Origin: an uncultured virus (IMG/VR IMGVR_UViG_3300028393_000063)
Lineage: Duplodnaviria; Heunggongvirae; Uroviricota; Caudoviricetes
IMG/VR virus record: IMGVR_UViG_3300028393_000063
Direction: 5' to 3' (one strand)
DNA length: 64,000 bases
Positions 8,918-18,393 of this stretch are shown piece after piece (the stretch's first letter is position 1; each line of letters opens with the position of its first letter). Position numbers and translations under genes: made by a program. Below the pieces are notes generated by a model that saw only the letters and a program-made list of their open reading frames with translations, was not told where the DNA came from and ran no database searches.

Positions 8918-10000
8918 ATGAGTGATATATACAAATCAATCAGTCTTAAACAAACTGCCGAGTTAATCTTAGCAGTAGGCGATAGCGTTACCGTGTTGGC
9001 TCAGGGTGAGATGGGCATAGGCAAGTCTAGTATTCTCAAAACCCTCAAGGAAAAGTTAGGTGATAAGTATCACTATTGCTATGGTGACATGACCACTAAA
9101 GATGTGGGTGACTTCCTTGTCCCTAAGATTCGAACTATTGATGGTGTTGAGGTATGTTCGTTTATACCTAACGAGGAGTTCGGGTTTCACTTTGATAAGC
9201 CGATTGTCTTGATGTTAGATGAGATAGGCAAAGCAAGTAAAGCAGTAATGAACGCTTGTCTACGCTTGATGCTAGAGAGACAACTAGGCACATACGAGTT
9301 ACCCAAAGGAAGTATTGTGTTCGCTACTACAAACCTAGCAACCGAGGGTATCGGTGACTTGTTGCCCCCTCATGCAAGGAATCGTATCACAGTAGTTAAG
9401 GTAGCAAAACCAAACGCAGAAGCATGGATTGAGGACTTTGCGTTAGGCAATGGCATCTTGCCCGAAGTTATTATGGGTGTAAAGCAATTCCCTCAAATGT
9501 TTCAATCATTCGAGGATTTGAAAGACCCGAAGGACAATGAGTATATCAATGACCCTCGTATGCCTAGACCTGCATTTGTTACACATAGAAGTATGGCAAA
9601 GGCTTCCGACATTATCAGTAAGACGAAGCATCTAGGCAATGACATTGTTAGTCATGCTCTTATTGGTACGATTGGGGCTAGGGCTACGCATGACATGATG
9701 GCTATGGTGATGTTGGCTAATGACTTACCGTCATGGGAAGAAGTTGTCAGTAGACCTGATACGGCTCGTATTCCTGATAGCCCAAGTGCAGTATGTATGC
9801 TTGTGTATTCAGCAGTTCAGCGTGTCGATAAGGAGAATGTCAATGCTTGGATTAAGTATGCGAATCGTCTAAGCAAGGAAGCCCAAGCGTTATTTGCAAC
9901 AAGTGTTATGCGTGTCGCAAGTAAGGCATCTTTAGTAGGCACAAGCCGTGGCTTTATTGATTGGGCTACGAAAAACAATTATCTATTTAATGGAGTTTAA
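8918..10000 (+). CDS. MoxR-like AAA+ ATPase
   Basis: Walker A GEMGIGKS, Walker B LMLDE, sensor ATTN, arginine-finger region ARNR; SD AGGAG. Confidence 0.85.
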   Translation: MSDIYKSISLKQTAELILAVGDSVTVLAQGEMGIGKSSILKTLKEKLGDKYHYCYGDMTTKDVGDFLVPKIRTIDGVEVCSFIPNEEFGFHFDKPIVLMLDEIGKASKAVMNACLRLMLERQLGTYELPKGSIVFATTNLATEGIGDLLPPHARNRITVVKVAKPNAEAWIEDFALGNGILPEVIMGVKQFPQMFQSFEDLKDPKDNEYINDPRMPRPAFVTHRSMAKASDIISKTKHLGNDIVSHALIGTIGARATHDMMAMVMLANDLPSWEEVVSRPDTARIPDSPSAVCMLVYSAVQRVDKENVNAWIKYANRLSKEAQALFATSVMRVASKASLVGTSRGFIDWATKNNYLFNGV

Positions 10001-10001
10001 T

Positions 10002-11207
10002 ATGAGCAAACTTACAGCAGAACAACGGATTGAGAGAAACCATGTAGGGCTTATGAAGCATAAGGATTTTGTAGCCTATAGTGGGCTACTCATGGTGGGT
10101 AAAGTAAGTGTTACTGATACCTGCCCTACGGCATACACCAATGGTAGAGATGTAACTTATGGGCGTGGCTTTGTAGATACCCTTGCGGATGATGCAGAGT
10201 TGCGTGGCGTTATCATACATGAGACTAAGCATAAGATGTATCGGCATCTAACTACATGGCGAGGGTTATGGAAACAGAATCCTCAAGTAGCAAACATGGC
10301 TTGCGACTATGTAATCAACATCGAGATTGTCGATGAGGGTAGTAAATCAAATGGGTATATTAAACTGCCCAAGTGTGGCTTATACGATGACAAGTATCGT
10401 GGTATGAGTTCTAAGGAAGTCTTTGACCAACTATTATTAAACCCCCCTCCTCCCCCTCCTAAAGGTAATAAAGGTGGCGATGGCGATGGTGGTAGTGGTA
10501 GCGATGGTGAGAGTATGGACGAGCATGGTTGGGAAGAAGCCCAAGAGATGAGTGCCAAGGAACAAGATGACTTAGCCAAGGAAGTAGATAATGCTATTCG
10601 TCAAGGTGCAATTTTAGCGGGCAAGGTTGGGGGCAATGTCAATAGATGTTTTGACGAACTAATGTCATCGAAGGTAGATTGGCGAGAAGCCTTGCGTGAG
10701 TTTGTATCAGCAGTATGTAGTGGCAAGGACGATTCAACATGGCGTAAGCCTAATCGTAGATGGTTGCAACATGACATCTATATGCCTAGCACTATATCCG
10801 AATCAATGGGTAGGTTATGTGTTGCCGTAGATACATCAGGCTCTATTAGAAATGAAGATGTTAATAAGTTTCTATCCGAGGTTGTAGCCATGATGGAGAA
10901 TGTTAATCCCGAACTAATAGACTTATTGTATTGGGATAGCGAAGTGGCAGGGCATGAGGTATATGGGCAAGGTGATTCAGGCAAATTACTATCATCTACA
11001 AAACCCAAGGGGGGTGGTGGCACAAGCCCAAGTTGTATATCTACATATTTAGCAAGTAACCATATCAAGCCTGAAGCGGTTGTAATTTTAACCGATGGGT
11101 ATGTAGGTAATGATTGGGGTGGTGATTGGGGTTGTCCTGTTCTATGGGCAATCGTTGGTGGGTGTAAGGCAGTCCCTGAGAAGGGTTCAGTAATTTATAT
11201 AGACTAG
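10002..11207 (+). CDS. DUF2201-type metallopeptidase-like + vWA protein
   Basis: HETKH (HExxH), NMACDYVIN, Pro/Gly linker, MIDAS DTSGS, GGGT, LTDGY; ATG at 10002. Confidence 0.85.
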   Translation: MSKLTAEQRIERNHVGLMKHKDFVAYSGLLMVGKVSVTDTCPTAYTNGRDVTYGRGFVDTLADDAELRGVIIHETKHKMYRHLTTWRGLWKQNPQVANMACDYVINIEIVDEGSKSNGYIKLPKCGLYDDKYRGMSSKEVFDQLLLNPPPPPPKGNKGGDGDGGSGSDGESMDEHGWEEAQEMSAKEQDDLAKEVDNAIRQGAILAGKVGGNVNRCFDELMSSKVDWREALREFVSAVCSGKDDSTWRKPNRRWLQHDIYMPSTISESMGRLCVAVDTSGSIRNEDVNKFLSEVVAMMENVNPELIDLLYWDSEVAGHEVYGQGDSGKLLSSTKPKGGGGTSPSCISTYLASNHIKPEAVVILTDGYVGNDWGGDWGCPVLWAIVGGCKAVPEKGSVIYID

Positions 11208-11216
11208 GAGAAAGGT

Positions 11217-11477
11217 ATGACAACTATAGTAAAAGAATTAGAGTTAGAGGAGGAAATAGATAGGTTGCAAATAAAAGTCGAAAGCCTTGAGGAAGAAGTG
11301 CAAGGCATGGATGAAGAGATTATGAATTTAAACGATAGAGAAAACGATTTAGAAATGCAAAGGGATAAGTTGCAAGTTGATTTAGATGAAGCACAGGAAA
11401 TTATTTATTGGATAAAAGAAGCATACCCACAAATAATGGTTGAATATAACGCAGTAATGGATATACAAGGGAGATAA
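11217..11477 (+). CDS. Acidic coiled-coil protein
   Basis: Heptad pattern, highly Glu/Asp-rich; SD AGGAG. Confidence 0.65.
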   Translation: MTTIVKELELEEEIDRLQIKVESLEEEVQGMDEEIMNLNDRENDLEMQRDKLQVDLDEAQEIIYWIKEAYPQIMVEYNAVMDIQGR

Positions 11478-11857
11478 CATGGAAGCAGTATGTATACAGC
11501 AAGATGATTTAAAGCAGAAAGTATTACACCGTGTAACAACAACGGTAGATGGTAAGAAGTATCAAATAACCTTTAGTGCAGAGTGTCCAATAACTGCAAT
11601 AAAGATTGCTCATGGAGTTCCATTAAATTATTGGGAGGAAATAGAATGAAAGATTATCCAGAGTTAGCGTATGAAGCAGACCATGCTTTCTATATATGGG
11701 AGACCACGATGTATGGTGAGAAGTCTCCTCTATCCGATGCAGATAGGGAGTTATGGATAGCAGGGTTTTTACGAGGGTATAGAGTTTTAGAAGCAGAAGT
11801 AAAACATAAGTAACACAGATGTTACATTCAATTTAATCAAACGAAAGGTGGTATATC

Positions 11858-12919
11858 ATGGGTTTTTATAACGGAACAAGAAGTCCTGAAGAAGTGCAGG
11901 CAAATAATGGTGACAGACTTGATTTTAACGGCATTAAAACTAAATGGGAAAATACTACACCCTTACGAGGTAAACGGTCTCATTTGGATATACGCCCTAT
12001 AGGAGATAGAAGTAGGTCGCATGAACGGATTGTTAAGGTTAGTGATTCTGAATTCTATTTAACTAATACGGCTTATGCGTATTCAGAACTGCGTAGAGAA
12101 GAACGAGAAGAACATCCTGAACATAATAGATGTATAACATTTAAGCAAGACGAGTATTGGGAAACTATCACGGTTCATGTACCACGGAGTTATTGGGGAG
12201 ATGGTCGCAAAAAGCCTTTCCTTGAAAGAGATATGTACCCCAGAGGTATATCCGCACCAAGCACTTACCATTTTTACGAGCATAACTTACCGATGGAATT
12301 AAGTTTACACAAGGTAGGAACTAAGCCATATGTAAAAGCTTGTTCCGAGCAGAGTAGTGTAGGTTCATTTCTATTGTGGAAAGGTGATATATCTTTTATC
12401 CGTAAGATAGGCGATAAGTGGTTTAGTCCGTTTAAAGTATATGCCGAGTCTAAATTAAGTTTAGACAGAGATAAGACTAAAGCAATCCGAAAAAGCTTAA
12501 CAAACTTTATAGGTTATGTGCAGACTATGTTGCCTATAATGGAGGGGGTTAAGGGGTATACAGGTTACTATAGTTACAGTCCGTTTTCGTTTGAGAAGAC
12601 AGCTGACCGTCAGGGTATGGGCGAGAAGATACTACCTTTGTGTAACAAATCATGGGAAGAACTTGTTGTCTTAAAGGACGAAGACGATGTGCCTGATACT
12701 TGGTTTACGATGGTTGAAATGTATAGGCAGAGGTTGGTTAAAAAATCGTATTCGAGAAATCGTGATACCAATGAATCCGTTGTGACAGAGCAGTTTCCTA
12801 GTAAGCAACGAATCAAAACCACAATCTGTGAAGATGTATACAAGCAAGCCCTACCGTTTCTAACGGAAAGAGTCCCACTAGGCGTGCCATTTATGAATAA
12901 CAAATACCAATCATGGTAA
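11858..12919 (+). CDS. Hypothetical protein (353 aa)
   Basis: Long ORF with SD AAAGGTGG, preceded by a palindrome copy. Confidence 0.75.
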   Translation: MGFYNGTRSPEEVQANNGDRLDFNGIKTKWENTTPLRGKRSHLDIRPIGDRSRSHERIVKVSDSEFYLTNTAYAYSELRREEREEHPEHNRCITFKQDEYWETITVHVPRSYWGDGRKKPFLERDMYPRGISAPSTYHFYEHNLPMELSLHKVGTKPYVKACSEQSSVGSFLLWKGDISFIRKIGDKWFSPFKVYAESKLSLDRDKTKAIRKSLTNFIGYVQTMLPIMEGVKGYTGYYSYSPFSFEKTADRQGMGEKILPLCNKSWEELVVLKDEDDVPDTWFTMVEMYRQRLVKKSYSRNRDTNESVVTEQFPSKQRIKTTICEDVYKQALPFLTERVPLGVPFMNNKYQSW

Positions 12920-12932
12920 GAAAGGTAATATT

Positions 12933-13763
12933 ATGAGTAACGAAACTGTAGTAGTAAAAGATATAAACGGTGAAGAAATAAATGTTTTAATTAAAACTAT
13001 GGAGTTATTTAACGCAGTAAAACTTAAAGACCCTATGCTCATTATCAAGGAGGGGTGTAGAAAAAAAAGCACCCTAACAAGAGGAGACGATGTGCCTGTA
13101 ACATTATACAGAGGGGTGGAGTTAATCCATGCAAGTAATCCTGAGTTTATTGTAGGCGGTCTTATGTATATAGACGATAAGTATGTGGTAGAGAGTCGGC
13201 TTATAGAAAATAATAAGTATGCCCACTACAATGGCGAACATCGTTGTAATGCGTCTCAGAACATGAAGAATATAGTTAAGATTGCTCTGAACAAGTTAAA
13301 ACCTTTACAAATAAACGAGGTAGCAAGAAAGTCTCAAGAGTCTTGCCGAATTCATGGTGACATAAGTGATATAAGGCATGAGATAGCTAGGTTAATAAGA
13401 GATGAAATTAGTGGGGTATCCCGTGCCGAAATCTTTGTAGAGTTACTACACATGAGAAACATGGGGTATAAACCCAAAGGCGAAGCAATGGGGAAGTTAA
13501 TGGCGTTTGCCAATAAGAACGAAGCACAATTTAGGGAAGACTATGAATTTAATCCTGAAGTAAGGTTTGTATACATAAACCCTAACAATACCCTAACTGT
13601 AACCAACCAAGAGGGAGAGAGTATAGGGGATTACCCTAATGTTAACTCATTACCAGAAGATATATTGAGTAAGTTAACGGTGTTGATGTTGAGTCCTGAT
13701 AACACCTTTATTAGGGGTATAGGTAAGAAAGATAAGGAGAATATGTTTTGGATAACTCTGTAA
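12933..13763 (+). CDS. Hypothetical protein (276 aa)
   Basis: Long ORF with SD, in operon. Confidence 0.75.
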   Translation: MSNETVVVKDINGEEINVLIKTMELFNAVKLKDPMLIIKEGCRKKSTLTRGDDVPVTLYRGVELIHASNPEFIVGGLMYIDDKYVVESRLIENNKYAHYNGEHRCNASQNMKNIVKIALNKLKPLQINEVARKSQESCRIHGDISDIRHEIARLIRDEISGVSRAEIFVELLHMRNMGYKPKGEAMGKLMAFANKNEAQFREDYEFNPEVRFVYINPNNTLTVTNQEGESIGDYPNVNSLPEDILSKLTVLMLSPDNTFIRGIGKKDKENMFWITL

Positions 13764-14140
13764 TACTCGGTAAGATAAAAGATGCCTACAACGGCATACT
13801 AGACCAAACAATATTAAAGTGTAGACGAGAGGGTAAAAGGGAAGAAGTGCATGAGCATTTAGCATCTATGTTAGACATGAAACAAGAGGACTTGTTGCTA
13901 AATAATGTGTGTCGCTTAGAGATATTAGAAGGCGGTTCTTTTTCTATAAAAGACTTTACAGTGCCAAGTAGGGATGTTATTATAAATAAAACTTACATTA
14001 AAAAAGACTTGCCCAAGTGGATGTTAGATGCCTTATCGGTCTTGCAAATACTAGATGATGGTGCAACAATTACTAATGTAGGTAAGAAAATAGACGGCAC
14101 AGTCTTTTATTTATTAGAACCTATAAGCGAGGAAAGTTAA
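13748..14140 (+). CDS. Hypothetical protein
   Basis: 130 aa; C-terminal LPKWMLDALSVLQI...VGKK resembles LPEDILSKLTVLML...IGKK of the upstream ORF. Confidence 0.65.
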   Translation: MDNSVILGKIKDAYNGILDQTILKCRREGKREEVHEHLASMLDMKQEDLLLNNVCRLEILEGGSFSIKDFTVPSRDVIINKTYIKKDLPKWMLDALSVLQILDDGATITNVGKKIDGTVFYLLEPISEES

Positions 14141-14490
14141 TGGCAAGCACGCCTGAGAAAAAAGTAAAAGATAAAGTAAAGAAAATCCTTAAGGACAATG
14201 GAGTTTATTTCTTTAGCCCTGTCACAGGGGGGTACGGTTCATCAGGTGTGCCTGACATAGTAGGTTGCTATAAGGGTAGGTTTATAGGCATAGAAACAAA
14301 AGCAGGTAGTGGTAAGCCGACTGCCTTACAAGATAAAAACTTAGCTGAAATAATGGAGAAAGGAGGAGTTGCAATACTAGTAAACGAAAATGGTATTATT
14401 TATTTAGAAGAGATGTTTAAAGTAGGTCTCCCCAATGCAGGGATTTTATACGATTTATTAAAAGGAAAAGCAAATGAGAAAGACGAATAG
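14140..14490 (+). CDS. VRR-NUC family PD-(D/E)XK nuclease (resolvase-like)
   Basis: PEKKVK...GVPDIV...GIETKA...PTALQ...GG motif set. Confidence 0.85.
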   Translation: MASTPEKKVKDKVKKILKDNGVYFFSPVTGGYGSSGVPDIVGCYKGRFIGIETKAGSGKPTALQDKNLAEIMEKGGVAILVNENGIIYLEEMFKVGLPNAGILYDLLKGKANEKDE

Positions 14491-14959
14491 CAGTACAATT
14501 AAAGCCCGTAAATTTTTACAAACAAACCCCGATATAAAAGGTGCGGACTTAGCAAGAAAGTTTAGCATAGCCATGCCTACAGCCTATAAACTAAAGAAGG
14601 AACGGACTGTATCAGATATTGTCCATGAGATAACATTAGGTATGGAAAAGAAAAGGTTAACTGAGCAAGATAAAATTGACATCGACCTAGAAATACATAA
14701 CGATGAAGAAATTAATGGTGTATCAGGTGCTAGATATACTTTCATGGATACCTCACCAAGAATAGCCGACTTAGTTAATAGCCCTCCGCATTACAGGGTA
14801 GGTGGTATTGAGACTATTGACTTTATTGAAGCCAAGCAATTAGGATACCATTTAGGTAATGTAGTTAAGTATGTAAGCAGAGCCGACCACAAGGGCAACA
14901 AGAAACAAGATTTGGAGAAAGCCAAGTGGTATCTAGAGAGGGCGATTGAAACTTTATGA
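14474..14959 (+). CDS. DUF3310 (SaV-like) protein with N-terminal HTH-like segment
   Basis: VNSPPHY...GIETID...GNVVKYVSRA..K...DLEKAKWYL. Confidence 0.85.
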   Translation: MRKTNSSTIKARKFLQTNPDIKGADLARKFSIAMPTAYKLKKERTVSDIVHEITLGMEKKRLTEQDKIDIDLEIHNDEEINGVSGARYTFMDTSPRIADLVNSPPHYRVGGIETIDFIEAKQLGYHLGNVVKYVSRADHKGNKKQDLEKAKWYLERAIETL

Positions 14960-15109
14960 ACGAGAACGACTTGAGGGATTGCTTTGCTATGTTCAAGGCT
15001 ATAACAGGTGCAGACGCAGAGGAGTGTTATAAGTTTGCAGATGAGATGCTTGAAGCACGCAAGCCACAACAAGAGTCAGGTATAACAGCCGCCAAGAGGA
15101 AAAAGAAGG

Positions 15110-15487
15110 ATGTTTGAGCAAGCGATGAACAATAAGTATGCTACTCACATAGACTTTGGTTTCCTCAAGGGGTTTATACCGTCTAACCCTAAAGTTATGC
15201 CGTCAAACATCGACATGGTGTTTGAACGGCGAGGGTACTTCTTGTTTGGTGAATGGAAACGCAAGAATGAAGCAATGAGTACAGGGCAGAAGATTGTCCT
15301 AGCAAACTTGGCAAAACTATCACGAGTAAAAGTCTTTGTAATCACGGGAGACACGGACAACAACACGGTAAATATAAGCGACATATCTATGATTACCAAG
15401 GAAGGTCTATACAAAAAAGTAGGTAGCTCGGTGGAGGACTTGCAAGCCATGCTAAACATGTGGTATGAGAAAGCTAATGGAGACTAG
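15110..15487 (+). CDS. Hypothetical, possibly PD-(D/E)XK-fold protein
   Basis: SNIDMVFER...FGEWK...GQ pattern. Confidence 0.5.
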   Translation: MFEQAMNNKYATHIDFGFLKGFIPSNPKVMPSNIDMVFERRGYFLFGEWKRKNEAMSTGQKIVLANLAKLSRVKVFVITGDTDNNTVNISDISMITKEGLYKKVGSSVEDLQAMLNMWYEKANGD

Positions 15488-15682
15488 ATGGGCGATATAG
15501 AAGATGAGGAAGATGAGGAAGAAGAGAAGCAACCTCAAAACAACGAGGCGTACATGAGTCAACAAGAGGTAGCAGATGTTCTAGGGCTATCTAGGAATAG
15601 GATTAGTGAGATTGAGAAGAAAGCCCTAGAAAAATTTAGATACCATTTATTTAGGAAGTATAAAAAGAAAGACATATTATGA
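15488..15682 (+). CDS. Sigma70 region-4-like HTH protein
   Basis: MSQQEVADVLGLSRNRISEIEKKALEKFR. Confidence 0.75.
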   Translation: MGDIEDEEDEEEEKQPQNNEAYMSQQEVADVLGLSRNRISEIEKKALEKFRYHLFRKYKKKDIL

Positions 15683-18393
15683 GCAAAGAATTCTTTTGGG
15701 CAATTTGCCTAGGTATTATGTTCTGTGGATTTATTATCTACCTCACCGAACTAAGTCGCAAAGAAGAGACGTACAAAATTAACTGCCAAACATTGATGGG
15801 GGGGTGGCATCCCGATGTACCAAAAAAGTTTGTAGAGTTGTGTGAACAAGCAAAGACAAGCAAAGAACGATAAATGACATTTAATATTTATACAAAGGAA
15901 GGGATACATTATACGCAATTCTTTGAAACAATAGATGAACTAATAGCACACATGATTAAAAACAATCAACATTCTTACCACAGGAGCGATAAATGAAACC
16001 AAGTGCATACATATCAGATGGCGGTATATTGTTTAAAGAATCACCACCTGATTCAATACTTAAATTGAGTCCGTTATATACGTCAGCAGAAATACAAGCG
16101 TTGCATAACTTAGTTAAAGAGCAACAGGCTGAGATAGAAGAGTTGAAACTATTTAAAAATCAAATGAAATCAAGAAAAGCTATGGTTAAATGGCTTTCAG
16201 AAGAAAGTGAGTGAGAAATGACTGCAAATGAACTAGCTGATAAATGTAATAGGTTACAAGGTGAAATAATACTTGGGTTTTTGGCTGATTGCGCCACCAT
16301 GCTACGCAAACAACAGGCTGAAATAGAAGCGTTGAAACAACATTGGAGCGAACCACAAACAGACTTAATAGTTTTGCTACGAGAAGAGGTAACGCTAATG
16401 CAAAAGTATTTACAGGAACAAAACTTGCGTGAGCATTTTGTAACGTGGAGGCAAGAGAAATGATTACCGCAACCATCGAAATTCAAGTGGACAGGACACA
16501 TACATTTGTACGAGTTTGGGGTGAAGGTATTGCTTTAGAGATTGCCGAAGAACTAATAGAAATAGCACGAAACATGGACACCGAAACTTTGATGGGTATT
16601 CAAGTAATCAAGAAACAATCTAACTAAGAAAGCGAGTGAAAAATGAAAGAAGTAACACGAGATGAAGTAACGCATCGTAAACAAAATGAAAAACTAATAG
16701 ACGAGTTAGTAAATTCAGTAATCATGCACCACGCAAGTAAAGTATTAAGGACTAGGATTGCCGAGATATTGTATAAGCATATCCCAACTCTTGACCAAGC
16801 GTGTTATGAGCGTGGTTGCCCTTGCATAGACCAATTTGAAGAGGAGGAGGAGGAAGAAATGACTGAATCAAGAGCATACATAACTGAAGATTTATGGTTT
16901 CCCTGTGACACTTGTGGTAAACAAATAACGCATCATACAATGCACGATTGTTTTGTAATGAACCCTGACATCTTGCCAACGCTTGAGGAGTGGAAATTAA
17001 TTTGTAAGATGGTTAAGCAACAACAGGCTGAAATAGAAAAGTTAAAAGTAATATTATTTGAATTAAAGAACGCTTCATTAGATTTATGTAAAATAGTTGA
17101 GAAGGCGAGTGAGAAATGATTAACTACATTTGCGTACACTGTAAATCAAAGATACTAACCATACTGGTTAAGTGTCCGTACTGCCGTAAATAAGGAGAAG
17201 AACCATGACTGAAGCAGAGGAATTAAAGGCGTTAGTAAAATCATTCTTTGAGGACTACTTAAATGTTACAGAAGCATCGGACAGCGGTAGGATATTTAAC
17301 CCAATCCATATTAGTTGTGTAAGGGCAATGAAAATAGAACCTTTAAGTAAACTCTTAGACCGTATGAAAGAATTATCGGGTGTAAAAACGGGGAGCAGGT
17401 ATGTCTAATGAATATACACCTGACAAGTGGGAACTTATAGAAATAGTTAGTGAGGAAGGTGAAACACTATACAAAATACTTTCTAGTTGGTATGGTGGGT
17501 ATGGTGGTTCAGATTCATGGCGATTTAGTTCGGGCATTATTAAAGTAGTTGAGCATAACAAACATTATGAGGTACACAATGATTCGGGTAGCGTCTACAT
17601 CTGCCATAAAGGTTCTAAGGGGATGAGTGCGTACACGGGGGTTGTATTTACCAATTTAAAGAAACAATTAGAAGCGAAGAAGTTAGGCACGTTGAAAATT
17701 GTAAACCGTAGTAAATTTAATCAATTTAAACAAGGAGAAGTAAATGAGTAGATTATGGGAAGTAGCAAACGCAGTAGAAGAAGTATCATATAAGTTAGAA
17801 AACTTAAGGCAAGTTGTTTCAATTATTGCAGAGCATAACGAAGAAGCTGGGGCTTTATGGTCGGTAACTGATTCTATGAAGACACTGGTTGAAACGCTTG
17901 AAAAAGAAGCAAACCTTATTTTAGCGCACCTACGAGAGGTTGCCATTGAAGCGAATACAAAACCAACGAAGAAAGGAAAGAAAGATGCCTGAGTTTACTT
18001 TGATATGTAAGTACGACAACATAGATGTAACTACAAAAACCTTTGAAGAAGTAGAGTTACATTATGTACTAAACAACATAGAGTTATTCTTAAAAGGTTG
18101 TGGATATATTTTTGAAGGAACTTTAGACATTATTAAACCTGAAGAGGAGGAATCAAATGTGGAATTATAGGGTAATTAAATTTGTAGAAGACAAAGAAGA
18201 ATGGTTTGAGATAAGCGAGGTATACTATAACGCCTTTGGTAAACCCGAAGCGTATTGCAGGGCTACCGTAGGGGAGGGAGACATGGATGCCCTAAAAGAA
18301 ACGCTTAATAGAATGATGGATTGTGCAAACAAACCTATTCTAAAAAGTACGGAGTTTGCAAAAAGAAAGACAAATGAAAATATTAACGATTGA
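15679..18393 (+). CDS. Cluster of small hypothetical genes (15679-15873, 15993-16214, 16218-16463, 16460-16627, 16643-17119, 17205-17408, 17401-17751, 17744-17992, 17985-18170, 18157-18393)
   Basis: Tightly packed or overlapping + strand ORFs with SD sequences. Confidence 0.6.

Larger units (their letters stand above)
3569..11825. repeat. Dispersed 16-bp palindrome GTAACA-N4-TGTTAC, 10 copies
   Basis: Copies start at 3569, 3775, 4538, 4733, 5724, 6296, 6540, 7753, 8875, 11810. Confidence 0.9.

Noticed and set aside
3569..11825. Palindrome as an NtcA or LexA box
   Set aside because: Spacing is GTA-N10-TAC rather than the NtcA GTA-N8-TAC, and it does not match CTGT-N8-ACAG or GAAC-N4-GTTC
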